From assembly GCA_964016885.1 (NCBI GenBank), contig OZ024744.1, forward strand, positions 130,386,001 to 130,450,000: a stretch of DNA of 64,000 bases. Reading direction: 5' to 3'. The position numbers and the translations under genes are program-made. Of the stretch, positions 34,679 through 48,091 are shown piece after piece. The notes under the pieces were generated by a model. It was not told where the DNA came from. It searched no databases and saw only the letters and a list, made by a program, of their open reading frames with translations. The DNA comes from Eledone cirrhosa (taxonomy: Eukaryota). Positions within the stretch are counted from its first letter, which is position 1. Each line of letters opens with the position of its first letter.

Positions 34679-36461
34679 AGTCGGAGTTAAGTTAAGTTGG
34701 CGTTAAGTTAAGTTAGGCTTAACTTAAGTTGGGGGTAAGTTAAGTTGGGGGTAAGTTAAGTTGGGGTTAAGTTAAGTTGCGGTTAAGTTGGGGTTAAGTT
34801 AAGTTAGGGTTAAGTTAAGTTGGCGTTGAGTTAAGTTGGGGTTAATTAAGTGGTGGTTATGTTAAGTTGGGGTTAATTTAAATTGGGGTGAAGTTAACTT
34901 TGTGGTTAAGTTAAGTTGCAGTTAAGTTAAGTTGAGGTTAAGTTAAGTTGGGGTTAAGTTAAGTTGGGGCTAAGTTAAGTTGGGGCTAAGTTAAGTTGGG
35001 GCTAAGTTAAGTTGGGGTTAAGTTAAGTTGGGGTTAAGTTAAGTTGGGGTTAAGTTAAGTTGGGGTTAAGTTAAGTTGGTGTTAAGTTAAGTTGGGGCTA
35101 AGTTAAGTTGGGGCTGAGTTAAGTTGGGGCTGAGTTAAGTTGGGATTAAGTTAAGTTGGGGTTGAGTTAAGTTGGGGTTAAGTTAAGTTGGGGTCAAGTT
35201 AAGTTGGGGTTAAGTTGGGGTTAAGTTAAGTTAGGTTTAAGTTAAGTTGGGGTTAAGTTAAGTTGGGGTTAAGTTAAGTTGGGGTTAAGTTAAGTTGGGG
35301 TTAAGTTAAGTTGGGGTTAAGTTAATTTGTGGTTAAGTTAAGTTGGGGTTAAGTTAAGTTGGGGTTAAGTTAAGTCGGGGTTAAGTTAAGTTGGGGTTAA
35401 GTTAAGTTGGGGTTAATTTAAGTTGGGGTTAAGTTAAGTTGGGGATTAAGTTAAGTTGGGGATAATTTAAGTTGGGGTTAAGTTAAGTTTGGGTTTAAGT
35501 TAAGTTGGGGTTAAGTTAAGTTGGGGTTAAGTTAAGTTGGGGTTAAGTTAAGTTGGTTAGTTAAGTTGAGTTTAAGTTAAGTTGGGGTTAATTTAAGTTG
35601 GGGTTAAGTTAAGCTGGGGTTAAGTTAAGTTGGGGTTAAGTTAAGTTGGGGTTAATTTAAGTTGGGGTTAAGTTAAGTTGCGGGTAATTTAAGTTGGGGT
35701 TAAGTTAAGTTGGGGTTAATTTAAGTTGGGGTTAAGTTAAGTTGGGGTTAAGTTAAGTTGGGGTTAAATTAAGTTGGGGCTAATTTAAGTTGGGGCTGAG
35801 TTAAGTTGGGGTTAAGTTAAGTTGGGGTTAAGTTAAGTTGGGGTTAAGTTAAGTTGGGGTTTATTTAAGTTGGGGTTAAGTTAAGTTGGGGTTCAGTTAA
35901 GTTGGGGTTCAGTTAAGTTGGGGTTAAGATGGGGTTAAATTACGTTGGAGTTAAGTTAAGTTGGGGTTAAGTTAAGTTGGGGTTAAGTTAAGTTGGGGTT
36001 AAGTTAAGTCGGGGTTAATTTAAGTCGGGGTTAAGTTAAGTTAGGGTTCAGTTAAGTTGGGGTTAAGTTAAGTTGGGCTTGAGTTAAGTTGGGGTTGAGT
36101 TAAATTGGGGTTGAGTTAAGTTGGGGTTGAGTTAAGTTGGTGTTGAGTTAAGTTGGGGTTAAGTTAAGTTGGGGTTAAGTTAAGTTGCAGTTAAGTTAAG
36201 TTGAGGTTAAGTTAAGGTGCGGTTAAGTTAAGTTGGGCTTAAGTTAAGTTGGGGCTAAGTTAAGTTGGGGCTAAGTTAAGTTGGGGCTAAGTTAAGTTGG
36301 GGTTAAGTTAAGTTGGGGTTAAGTTAAGTCGGGGTTAAGTTAAGTTGGGGTTAAGTTAAGTTGGGGTTAAGTTAAGTCGGGGTTAAGTTAAGTTGGTTAG
36401 TTAAGTTGAGTTTAAGTTAAGTTGGGGTTAATTTAAGTTGGGGTTAAGTTAAGTTGGGGTT

Positions 36462-36517
36462 AACCCCAACTTAACTTAACCCCAACTTCACTCAACCCCA
36501 ACGTAACTCAACCCCAA
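36462..36517 (-). repeat. Truncated inverted block (56 bp), second copy
   Basis: Same as 32253-32308 at offset 4209. Confidence 0.93.
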
Positions 36518-36699
36518 GTTGGGGTTAAGTTAAGTTGGGGTTAAGTTAAGTCGGGGTTAAGTTAAGTTGGGGTTAAGTTAAGTTGGGGTTAAGTTAAGTT
36601 GGGGTTAAGTTAAGTCGGGGTTAAGTTAAGTTGGTTAGTTAAGTTGAGTTTAAGTTAAGTTGGGGTTAATTTAAGTTGGGGTTAAGTTAAGTTGGGGTT

Positions 36700-36874
36700 A
36701 ACCCCAACTTAACTTAACCCCAACTTCACTCAACCCCAACGTAACTCAACCCCAACTTAACTTAACCCCAACTTCACTCAACCCCAACTTAACTTAACCC
36801 CAACTTCACTCAACCCCAACTTCCAACTTGACTTAACCCCAACTTAACTTAGCCCCAACTTAACTTAAGCCCAA
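36700..36874 (-). repeat. Inverted satellite block, type A
   Basis: cttccaacttgac diagnostic. Confidence 0.95.
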
Positions 36875-39800
36875 AGTCGGGGTTAAGTTAAGTTGGCGTT
36901 AAGTTAAGTTGGCGTTAAGTTAAGTTAGGCTTAACTTAAGTTGGGGTTCAGTTAAGTTGGGGGTAAGTTAAGTTGGGGTTAAGTTAAGTTAGGGTTAAGT
37001 TAAGTTGGGGTTGAGTTAAGTTGGGGTTAATTAAGTGGTGGTTATGTTAAGTTGGGGTTAAGTTAAGTTGGGGTTAATTTAAATTGGGGTTAAGTTAACT
37101 TTGTGGTTAAGTTAAGTTGGGGTTAAGTTAAGTTGGGGTAAAGTTGGGGTTGAGTTAAGTTGGGGTTGAGTGAAGTTGGGGTTAAGTTAAGTTGGGGTTA
37201 AGTTAAGTTGGGGTTAAGATAAGTCGGGGTTAAGTTAAGTTGTGGTTGAGTTAAGTTGGGGTTAATTTAAGTTGGGGCTAAGTTAATTTGTGGTTAAGTT
37301 AAGTTGTGGTTAAGTTAAGTTGGGGTTAAGTTAAGTTGGGGTTGAGTTAAGTTGGGGCTAAGTTAATTTGGGGTTAAGTTAAGTTGGGGTTAAGTTAAGT
37401 TGGGTTTAAGTTAAGTTGGGGTTAAATTAAGTTGGGGTTAAATTAAGTTGGGGTTAAGTTAAGTTGGGGGTAAGTTAAGTTGGGGGCAAGTTAAGTTGGG
37501 GTTAATTTAAGTTGGGGTTAAATTAAGTTGGGGTTACGTTAAGTTGGTGTTAAGTTAAGTTGGGGTTAATTTAAGTTGGGGTTAATTAAGTTGGGGTTAA
37601 GTTAAGTTGGGGTTAAGTTAAGTTGGGGTTAATTTAAGTTGGGGTTGAGTTAAGTTGGGGTTAAGTTAAGTTGGGGTTATATTAAGTTGGGGTTAAGTTA
37701 AGTTGGGGTTCAGTTAAGTTGGGGTTAAGTTAAGTCGGGGTTAAGTTAAGTTGAGGTTAAGTTAAGTTGGGGTTAAGTTAAGTTGGTGTTAAGTTAAGTT
37801 GGGGCTAAGTTAAGTTGGGGCTGAGTTAAGTTGGGGCTGAGTTAAGTTGGGGCTAAGTTAAGTTGGGGTTGAGTTAAGTTGGGGTTAAGTTGGGGTTAAG
37901 TTAAGTTAGGTTTAAGTTAAGTTGGGGTTAAGTTAAGTTGGGGTTAAGTTAAGTTGGGGTTAAGTTAAGTTGGGGTTAAGTTAAGTTGGGGTTAAGTTAA
38001 GTTGGGGTTAAGTTAATTTGTGGTTAAGTTAAGTTGTGGTTAAGTTAAGTTGGGGTTAAGTTAAGTTGGGGTTAAGTTAAGTCGGGGTTAAGTTAAGTTG
38101 GGGTTAAGTTAAGTTGGGGTTAATTTAAGTTGGGGTTAAGTTAAGTTGGGGTTAAGTTAAGTTGGGGTTAAGTTAAGTCGGGGTTAAGTTAAGTTGGGGT
38201 TAAGTTAAGTTGGGGTTAATTTAAGTTGGGGTTAAGTTAAGTTGGGGTTAAGTTAAGTTGGGGTTAAGTTAAGTTGGGGTTAAGTTAAGTTGGGGATAAT
38301 TTAAGTTGGGGTTAAGTTAAGTTTGAGTTTAAGTTAAGTTGGGGTTAAGTTAAGTTGGGGTTAAGTTAAGTTGGGGTTAAGTTAAGTTGGTTAGTTAAGT
38401 TGAGTTTAAGTTAAGTTGGGGTTAATTTAAGTTGGGGTTAAGTTAAGCTGGGGTTAAGTTAAGTTGGGGTTAAGTTAAGTTGGGGTTAATTTAAGTTGGG
38501 GTTAAGTTAAGTTGCGGGTAATTTAAGTTGGGGTTAAGTTAAGTTGGGGTTAAGTTAAGTTGGGGTTAAGTTAAGTTGGGGTTAAGTTAAGTTGGGGTTA
38601 AGTTAAGTTGGGGCTAATTTAAGTTGGGGCTGAGTTAAGTTGGGGTTAAGTTAAGTTGGGGTTAAGTTAAGTTGGGGTTAAGTTAAGTTGGGGTTTATTT
38701 AAGTTGGGGTTAAGTTAAGTTGGGGTTCAGTTAAGTTGGGGTTCAGTTAAGTTGGGGTTAAGTTAAGTTGGGGTTAAGATGGGGTTAAATTACGTCGGAG
38801 TTAAGTTAAGTTGGGGTTAAGTTAAGTTGGGGTTAAGTTAAGTTGGGGTTAAGTTAAGTCGGGGTTAATTTAAGTCGGGGTTAAGTTAAGTTAGGGTTCA
38901 GTTAAGTTGGGGTTAAGTTAAGTTGGGGTTGAGTTAAGTTGGGGTTGAGTTAAATTGGGGTTGAGTTAAGTTGGGGTTGAGTTAAGTTGGTGTTGAGTTA
39001 AGTTGGGGTTAAGTTAAATTGGGGTTAAGTTAAGTTGCAGTTAAGTTAAGTTGAGGTTAAGTTAAGGTGCGGTTAAGTTAAGTTGGGCTTAAGTTAAGTT
39101 GGGGCTAAGTTAAGTTGGGGCTCAGTTAAGTTGGGGCTAAGTTAAGTTGGGGTTAAGTTAAGTTGGGGTTAATTTAAGTTGGGGTTAAGTTAAGTTGGGG
39201 TTAAGTTAAGTTGGGGTTAAGTTAAGTTGGGTTTAAGTTAAGTTGGGGTTAAGTTATGTTGGGGTTGAGTTAAGTTGGGGCTGAGTTAATTTGGGGTTAA
39301 GTTAAGTTGGGGTTAAGTTAAGTTGGGTTTAAGTTAAGTTGGGGTTAAATTAAGTTGGGGTTAAAATAAGTTGGGGTTAAGTTAAGTTGGGGGTAAGTTA
39401 AGTTGGGGGCAAGTTAAGTTGGGGTTAATTTAAGTTGGGGTTAAATTAAGTTGGGGTTACGTTAAGTTGGTGTTAAGTTAAGTTGGGGTTAATTTAAGTT
39501 GGGGTTAATTAAGTTGGGGTTAAGTTAAGTTGGGGTTAAGTTAAGTTGGGGTTAATTTAAGTTGGGGTTGAGTTAAGTTGGGGTTAAGTTAAGTTGGGGT
39601 TATATTAAGTTGGGGTTAAGTTAAGTTGGGGTTAATTTAAGTTGGGGTTAAGTTAAGTTGGAGTTAAGTTAAGTTGGTGTTAAGTTAAGTTTGGGCTAAG
39701 TTAAGTTGGGGTTGAGTTAAGTTGGGGTTAAGTTGGGGTTAAATTAAGTTAGGTTTAAGTTAAGTTGGGGTTAAGTTAAGTTGGGGTTAAGTTAAGTTGT

Positions 39801-40680
39801 GGTTAAGTTAAGTTGGGGTTAAGTTAAGTTGGGGTTAAGTTAAGTCGGGGTTGAGTTAAGTTGGGGTTAAGTTAAGTTGGGGTTAATTTAAGTTGGGGTT
39901 AAGTTAAGTTGGGGTTAAGTTAAGTTGGGGTTAAGTTAATTGGGGTTAAGTTAAGTTGGGGTTAAGTTAAGTTGAGGTTAAGTTAAGTTGGGGTTAAATT
40001 AAGTTTGGGTTAAGTTAAGTTGGGGTTAAGTTAAGTTGGGGATAAGTTAAGTTGGGGATAATTTAAGTTGGGGTTAAGTTAAGTTGGGTTTAAGTTAAGT
40101 TGGAGTTAAGTTAAGTTGGGGTTAAGTTAAGTTGGGGTTAAGTTAAGTTGGGGTTAAGTTAAGTTGGGGCTAAGTTAAGTTGGGGCTGAGTTAAGTTGGG
40201 GTTAAGTTAAGTTGGGGTTAAGTTAAGTTGGGGTTAAGTTAAGTTGGGGTTAATTTAAGTTGGGGTTAAGTTAAGTTGCGGGTAATTTAAGTTGGGGTTA
40301 AGTTAAGTTGGGGTTAAGTTAAGTTGGGGTTAAGTTAAGTTGGGGTTAAGTTAAGTTGGGGTTAAGTTAAGTTGGGGCTGAGTTAAGTTGGGGTTAAGTT
40401 AAGTTGGGGTTAAGTTAAGTTGGGGTTAAGTTAAGTTGGGGTTAAGTTAAGTTGGGGTTTATTTAAGTTGGGGTTAAGTTAAGTTGGGGTTCAGTTAAGT
40501 TGCAGTTAAGTCAAGTTGAGGTTAAGTTAAGGTGCGGTTAAGTTAAGTTGGGGTTAATTTAAGTTGGGGTTAAGTTAAGTTGGGGTTAAGTTAAGTTGGT
40601 TAGTTAAGTTGAGTTTAAGTTAAGTTGGGGTTAATTTAAGTTGGGGTTAAGTTAAGTTGGGGTTAAGTTAAGTTGGGGTT

Positions 40681-40855
40681 AACCCCAACTTAACTTAACC
40701 CCAACTTCACTCAACCCCAACGTAACTCAACCCCAACTTAACTTAACCCCAACTTCACTCAACCCCAACTTAACTTAACCCCAACTTCACTCAACCCCAA
40801 CTTCCAACTTGACTTAACCCCAACTTAACTTAGCCCCAACTTAACTTAAGCCCAA
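40681..40855 (-). repeat. Inverted satellite block, type A in subfamily-2 context (A')
   Basis: cttccaacttgac; downstream tail has three ttgggggtaag monomers and ttgcgg. Confidence 0.95.
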
Positions 40856-43800
40856 AGTCGGGGTTAAGTTAAGTTGGCGTTAAGTTAAGTTAGGCTTAAC
40901 TTAAGTTGGGGTTCAGTTAAGTTGGGGGTAAGTTAAGTTGGGGGTAAGTTAAGTTGGGGGTAAGTTAAGTTGGGGTTAAGTTAAGTTGCGGTTAAGTTGG
41001 GGTTAAGTTAAGTTAGGGTTAAGTTAAGTTGGGGTTGAGTTAAGTTGGGGTTAATTAAGTGGTGGTTATGTTAAGTTGGGGTTAAGTTAAGTTGGGGTTA
41101 ATTTAAATTGGGGTTAAGTTAACTTTGTGGTTAAGTTAAGTTGGGGTTAAGTTAAGTTGGGGTAAAGTTGGGGTTGAGTTAAGTTGGGGTTGAGTGAAGT
41201 TGGGGTTAAGTTAAGTTGGGGTTAAGTTAAGTTGGGGTTAAGATAAGTCGGGGTTAAGTTAAGTTGTGGTTGAGTTAACTTGGGGTTAATTTAAGTTGGG
41301 GCTAAGTTAATTTGTGGTTAAGTTAAGTTGGGGTTAAGTTAAGTTGGGGTTAAGTTAAGTTGGGGTTGAGTTAAGTTGGGGTTGAGTTAATTTGGGGTTA
41401 AGTTAAGTTGGGGTTAAGTTAAGTTGGGTTTAAGTTAAGTTGGGGTTAAATTAAGTTGGGGTTAAATTAAGTTGGGGTTAAGTTAAGTTGGGGGTAAGTT
41501 AAGTTGGGGGCAAGTTAAGTTGGGGTTAATGTAAGTTGGGGTTAAATTAAGTTGGGGTTACGTTAAGTTGGTGTTAAGTTAAGTTGGGGTTAATTTAAGT
41601 TGGGGTTAATTAAGTTGGGGTTAAGTTAAGTTGGGGTTAAGTTAAGTTGGGGTTAATTTAAGTTGGGGTTGAGTTAAGTTGGGGTTAAGTTAAGTTGGGG
41701 TTATATTAAGTTGGGGTTAAGTTAAGTTGGGGTTCAGTTAAGTTGGGGTTAAGTTAAGTTGGGGTTAAGTTAAGTTGGGGCTAAGTTAAGTTGGGGCTGA
41801 GTTAAGTTGGGGCTGAGTTAAGTTGGGGCTAAGTTAAGTTGGTGTTGAGTTAAGTTGGGGTTAAGTTGGGGTTAAGTTAAGTTAGGTTTAAGTTAAGTTG
41901 GGGTTAAGTTAAGTTGGGGTTACGTTAAGTTGGGGTTAAGTTAAGTTGGGGTTAAGTTAAGTTGGGGTTAAGTTAATTTGTGGTTAAGTTAAGTTGTGGT
42001 TAAGTTAAGTTGGGGTTAATTTAAGTTGGGCTTAAGTTAAGTCGGGGTTAAGTTAAGTTGGGGTTAAGTTAAGTTGGGGTTAATTTAAGTTGGGATTAAG
42101 TTAAGTTGGGGTTATGTTAAGTTGGGTTTAAGTTAAGTTGGGGTTAAGTTAAGTTGAGGTTAAGTTAAGTTGGGGTTAAATTAAGTTGGGGTTAAGTTAA
42201 GTTGGGGTTAAGTTAAGTTGGGGTTAAGTTAAGTTGGGGATAAGTTAAGTTGGGGATAATTTAAGTTGGGGTTAAGTTAAGTTGGGTTTAAGTTAAGTTG
42301 GGTTTAAGTTAAGTTGGGGTTAAGTTAAGTTGGGGTTAAGTTAAGTTGGGGTTAAGTTAAGTTGGGGCTAAGTTAAGTTGGGGCTGAGTTAAGTTGGGGT
42401 TAAGTTAAATTGGGGTTAAGTTAAGTTGGGGTTAAGTTAAGTTGGGGTTAAGTTAAGTTGGGGTTTATTTAAGTTGGGGTTAAGTTAAGTTGGGGTTCAG
42501 TTAAGTTGGGGTTCAGTTAAATGGGGTTAAGTTAAGTTGGGGTTAAGATGGGGTTAAATTAAGTTGGGGTTAAGTTAAGTTGGGGTTAAGTTAAGTTGGG
42601 GTTAAGCTAAGTTGGGGTTAAGTTAAGTCGGGGTTAAGTTAAGTCGGGGTTAAGTTAAGTTAGGGTTCAGTTAAGTTGGGGTTAAGTTAAGTTGGGGTTG
42701 AGTTAAGTTGGGGTTGAGTTAAGTTGGGGTTAAGTTAAGTTGGGGTTAAGTTAAGTTGCAGTTAAGTTAAGTTGAGGTTAAGTTAAGGTGCGGTTAAGTT
42801 AAGTTGGGCTTAAGTTAAGTTGGGGCTAAGTTAAGTTGGGGCTCAGTTAAGTTGGGGCTAAGTTAAGTTGGGGTTAAGTTAAGTTGGGGTTAATTTAAGT
42901 TGGGGTTAAGTTAAGTTGGGGTTAAGTTAAGTTGGGGTTAAGTTAAGTTGGGTTTAAGTTAAGTTGGGGTTAAGTTATGTTGGGGTTGAGTTAAGTTGGG
43001 GCTGAGTTAATTTGGGGTTAAGTTAAGTTGGGGTTAAGTTAAGTTGGGTTTAAGTTAAGTTGGGGTTAAATTAAGTTGGGGTTAAAATAAGTTGGGGTTA
43101 AGTTAAGTTGGGGGTAAGTTAAGTTGGGGGCAAGTTAAGTTGGGGTTAATTTAAGTTGGGGTTAAATTAAGTTGGGGTTACGTTAAGTTGGTGTTAAGTT
43201 AAGTTGGGGTTAATTTAAGTTGGGGTTAATTAAGTTGGGGTTAAGTTAAGTTGGGGTTAAGTTAAGTTGGGGTTAATTTAAGTTGGGGTTGAGTTAAGTT
43301 GGGGTTAAGTTAAGTTGGGGTTATATTAAGTTGGGGTTAAGTTAAGTTGGGGTTAATTTAAGTTGGGGTTAAGTTAAGTTGGGGTTAAGTTAAGTTGGTG
43401 TTAAGTTAAGTTTGGGCTAAGTTAAGTTGGGGTTGAGTTAAGTTGGGGTTAAGTTGGGGTTAAATTAAGTTAGGTTTAAGTTAAGTTGGGGTTAAGTTAA
43501 GTTGGGGTTAAGTTAAGTTGTGGTTAAGTTAAGTTGGGGTTAAGTTAAGTTGGGGTTAAGTTAAATTGGGGTTGAGTTAAGTTGGGGTTGAGTTAAGTTG
43601 GTGTTGAGTTAAGTTGGGGTTAAGTTAAGTTGGGGTTAAGTTAAGTTGCAGTTAAGTTAAGTTGAGGTTAAGTTGGGGTTAAATTAAGTTAGGTTTAAGT
43701 TAAGTTGGGGTTAAGTTAAGTTGGGGTTAAGTTAAGTTGTGGTTAAGTTAAGTTGGGGTTAAGTTAAGTTGGGGTTGAGTTAAATTGGGGTTGAGTTAAG

Positions 43801-44141
43801 TTGGGGTTGAGTTAAGTTGGTGTTGAGTTAAGTTGGGGTTAAGTTAAGTTGGGGTTAAGTTAAGTTGCAGTTAAGTTAAGTTGAGGTTAAGTTAAGGTGC
43901 GGTTAAGTTAAGTTGGGCTTAAGTTAAGTTGGGGCTAAGTTAAGTTGGGGCTAAGTTAAGTTGGGGCTAAGTTAAGTTGGGGTTAAGTTAAGTTGGGGTT
44001 AAGTTAAGTCGGGGTTAAGTTAAGTTGGGGTTAAGTTAAGTTGGGGTTAAGTTAAGTTGGGGTTAAGTTAAGTTGGTTAGTTAAGTTGAGTTTAAGTTAA
44101 GTTGGGGTTAATTTAAGTTGGGGTTAAGTTAAGTTGGGGTT

Positions 44142-44316
44142 AACCCCAACTTAACTTAACCCCAACTTCACTCAACCCCAACGTAACTCAACCCCAACTT
44201 AACTTAACCCCAACTTCACTCAACCCCAACTTAACTTAACCCCAACTTCACTCAACCCCAACTTCCAACTTGACTTAACCGCAACTTAACTTAGCCCCAA
44301 CTTAACTTAAGCCCAA
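44142..44316 (-). repeat. Inverted satellite block, type A* (ccgc variant)
   Basis: cttccaacttgacttaaccgcaac. Confidence 0.95.
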
Positions 44317-45933
44317 AGTCGGGGTTAAGTTAAGTTGGCGTTAAGTTAAGTTGGCGTTAAGTTAAGTTAGGCTTAACTTAAGTTGGGGTTCAGTTAAGTT
44401 GGGGGTAAGTTAAGTTGGGGTTAAGTTAAGTTAGGGTTAAGTTAAGTTGGGGTTGAGTTAAGTTGGGGTTAATTAAGTGGTGGTTATGTTAAGTTGGGGT
44501 TAAGTTAAGTTGGGGTTAATTTAAATTGGGGTTAAGTTAACTTTGTGGTTAAGTTAAGTTGGGGTTAAGTTAAGTTGGGGTAAAGTTGGGGTTGAGTTAA
44601 GTTGGGGTTGAGTGAAGTTGGGGTTAAGTTAAGTTGGGGTTAAGTTAAGTTGGGGTTAAGATAAGTCGGGGTTAAGTTAAGTTGTGGTTGAGTTAAGTTG
44701 GGGTTAATTTAAGTTGGGGCTAAGTTAATTTGTGGTTAAGTTAAGTTGTGGTTAAGTTAAGTTGGGGTTAAGTTAAGTTGGGGTTGAGTTAAGTTGGGGC
44801 TAAGTTAATTTGGGGTTAAGTTAAGTTGGGGTTAAGTTAAGTTGGGTTTAAGTTAAGTTGGGGTTAAATTAAGTTGGGGTTAAATTAAGTTGGGGTTAAG
44901 TTAAGTTGGGGGTAAGTTAAGTTGGGGGCAAGTTAAGTTGGGGTTAATTTAAGTTGGGGTTAAATTAAGTTGGGGTTACGTTAAGTTGGTGTTAAGTTAA
45001 GTTGGGGTTAATTTAAGTTGGGGTTAATTAAGTTGGGGTTAAGTTAAGTTGGGGTTAAGTTAAGTTGGGGTTAATTTAAGTTGGGGTTGAGTTAAGTTGG
45101 GGTTAAGTTAAGTTGGGGTTATATTAAGTTGGGGTTAAGTTAAGTTGGGGTTCAGTTAAGTTGGGGTTAAGTTAAGTTGGGGTTAAGTTAAGTTGAGGTT
45201 AAGTTAAGTTGGGGTTAAGTTAAGTTGGTGTTAAGTTAAGTTGGGGCTAAGTTAAGTTGGGGCTGAGTTAAGTTGGGGCTGAGTTAAGTTGGGGTTAAGT
45301 TAAGTTGGGGTTAAGTTAAGTCGGGGTTAAGTTAAGTCGGGGTTAAGTTAAGTTAGGGTTCAGTTAAGTTGGGGTTAAGTTAAGTTGGGGTTGAGTTAAG
45401 TTGGGGTTGAGTTAAATTGGGGTTGAGTTAAGTTGGGGTTGAGTTAAGTTGGTGTTGAGTTAAGTTGGGGTTAAGTTAAGTTGGGGTTAAGTTAAGTTGC
45501 AGTTAAGTTAAGTTGAGGTTAAGTTAAGGTGCGGTTAAGTTAAGTTGGGGTTAAGTTAAGTTGGGGCTAAGTTAAGTTGGGGCTAAGTTAAGTTGGGGCT
45601 AAGTTAAGTTGGGGTTAAGTTACGTTGGGGTTAAGTTAAGTCGGGGCTAAGTTAAGTTGGGGTTAAGTTAAGTTGGGGTTAATTTAAGTTGGGGTTGAGT
45701 TAAGTTGGGGTTAAGTTTAGTTGGGGTTAAGTTAAGTTGGGGTTAAGTTAAGTTGGGTTTAAGTTAAGTTGGGGTTAAGTTAAGTTGGGGTCAAGTTAAG
45801 TTGGGGTTAAGTTAAGTTGGTTAGTTAAGTTGAGTTTAAGTTAAGTTGGGGTTAATTTAAGTTGGGGTTAAGTTAAGTTGGGGTTAAGTTAATTTGGGGT
45901 TAAGTTAAGTTGGGGTTAAGTTAAATTGGGGTT

Positions 45934-46117
45934 AACCCCAACTTAACTTAACCCCAACTTCACTCAACCCCAACGTAACTCAACCCCAACTTAACTTAAC
46001 CCCAACTTCACTCAACCCCAACTTAACTTAACCCCAACTTCACTCAACCCCAACTTAAGTCAACCCCAACTTAACTTAACCCCAACTTGACTTAACCCCA
46101 ACTTAACTTAAGCCCAA
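45934..46117 (-). repeat. Inverted satellite block, type B
   Basis: aagtcaacc; followed by agtcggag. Confidence 0.95.
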
Positions 46118-47916
46118 AGTCGGAGTTAAGTTAAGTTGGCGTTAAGTTAAGTTAGGCTTAACTTAAGTTGGGGGTAAGTTAAGTTGGGGGTAAGTTAAGT
46201 TGGGGTTAAGTTAAGTTGCGGTTAAGTTGGGGTTAAGTTAAGTTAGGGTTAAGTTAAGTTGGCGTTGAGTTAAGTTGGGGTTAATTAAGTGGTGGTTATG
46301 TTAAGTTGGGGTTAATTTAAATTGGGGTGAAGTTAACTTTGTGGTTAAGTTAAGTTGCAGTTAAGTTAAGTTGAGGTTAAGTTAAGTTGGGGTTAAGTTA
46401 AGTTGGGGTTAAGTTAAGTTGGGGCTAAGTTAAGTTGGGGCTAAGTTAAGTTGGGGCTAAGTTAAGTTGGGGTTAAGTTAAGTTGGGGTTAAGTTAAGTT
46501 GGGGTTAAGTTAAGTTGGGGTTAAGTTAAGTTGGTGTTAAGTTAAGTTGGGGCTAAGTTAAGTTGGGGCTGAGTTAAGTTGGGGCTGAGTTAAGTTGGGA
46601 TTAAGTTAAGTTGGGGTTGAGTTAAGTTGGGGTTAAGTTAAGTTGGGGTCAAGTTAAGTTGGGGTTAAGTTGGGGTTAAGTTAAGTTAGGTTTAAGTTAA
46701 GTTGGGGTTAAGTTAAGTTGGGGTTAAGTTAAGTTGGGGTTAAGTTAAGTTGGGGTTAAGTTAAGTTGGGGTTAAGTTAATTTGTGGTTAAGTTAAGTTG
46801 GGGTTAAGTTAAGTTGGGGTTAAGTTAAGTCGGGGTTAAGTTAAGTTGGGGTTAAGTTAAGTTGGGGTTAATTTAAGTTGGGGTTAAGTTAAGTTGGGGA
46901 TTACGTTAAGTTGGGGATAATTTAAGTTGGGGTTAAGTTAAGTTTGGGTTTAAGTTAAGTTGGGGTTAAGTTAAGTTGAGGTTAAGTTAAGTTGGGGTTA
47001 AGTTAAGTTGGTTAGTTAAGTTGAGTTTAAGTTAAGTTGGGGTTAATTTAAGTTGGGGTTAAGTTAAGCTGGGGTTAAGTTAAGTTGGGGTTAAGTTAAG
47101 TTGGGGTTAATTTAAGTTGGGGTTAAGTTAAGTTGCGGGTAATTTAAGTTGGGGTTAAGTTAAGTTGGGGTTAATTTAAGTTGGGGTTAAGTTAAGTTGG
47201 GGTTAAGTTAAGTTGGGGTTAAGTTAAGTTGGGGCTAATTTAAGTTGGGGCTGAGTTAAGTTGGGGTTAAGTTAAGTTGGGGTTAAGTTAAGTTGGGGTT
47301 AAGTTAAGTTGGGGTTTATTTAAGTTGGGGTTAAGTTAAGTTGGGGTTCAGTTAAGTTGGGGTTCAGTTAAGTTGGGGTTAAGATGGGGTTAAATTACGT
47401 TGGAGTTAAGTTAAGTTGGGGTTAAGTTAAGTTGGGGTTAAGTTAAGTTGGGGTTAAGTTAAGTCGGGGTTAATTTAAGTCGGGGTTAAGTTAAGTTAGG
47501 GTTCAGTTAAGTTGGGGTTAAGTTAAGTTGGGCTTGAGTTAAGTTGGGGTTGAGTTAAATTGGGGTTGAGTTAAGTTGGGGTTGAGTTAAGTTGGTGTTG
47601 AGTTAAGTTGGGGTTAAGTTAAGTTGGGGTTAAGTTAAGTTGCAGTTAAGTTAAGTTGAGGTTAAGTTAAGGTGCGGTTAAGTTAAGTTGGGCTTAAGTT
47701 AAGTTGGGGCTAAGTTAAGTTGGGGCTAAGTTAAGTTGGGGCTAAGTTAAGTTGGGGTTAAGTTAAGTTGGGGTTAAGTTAAGTCGGGGTTAAGTTAAGT
47801 TGGGGTTAAGTTAAGTTGGGGTTAAGTTAAGTTGGGGTTAAGTTAAGTTGGTTAGTTAAGTTGAGTTTAAGTTAAGTTGGGGTTAATTTAAGTTGGGGTT
47901 AAGTTAAGTTGGGGTT

Positions 47917-48091
47917 AACCCCAACTTAACTTAACCCCAACTTCACTCAACCCCAACGTAACTCAACCCCAACTTAACTTAACCCCAACTTCACTCAACC
48001 CCAACTTAACTTAACCCCAACTTCACTCAACCCCAACTTCCAACTTGACTTAACCCCAACTTAACTTAGCCCCAACTTAACTTAAGCCCAA
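47917..48091 (-). repeat. Inverted satellite block, type A
   Basis: cttccaacttgac diagnostic. Confidence 0.95.

Larger units (their letters stand above)
28878..37215 (+). repeat. About 4.2-kb tandem duplication (C-B-truncated-A x2), junction near 33007
   Basis: Offsets of 4209 (30286/34495, 32253/36462, 32491/36700). The first copy lacks 80 bp near 29770. Shared private ggggctaacttaag (about 29650/33780). Confidence 0.9.
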
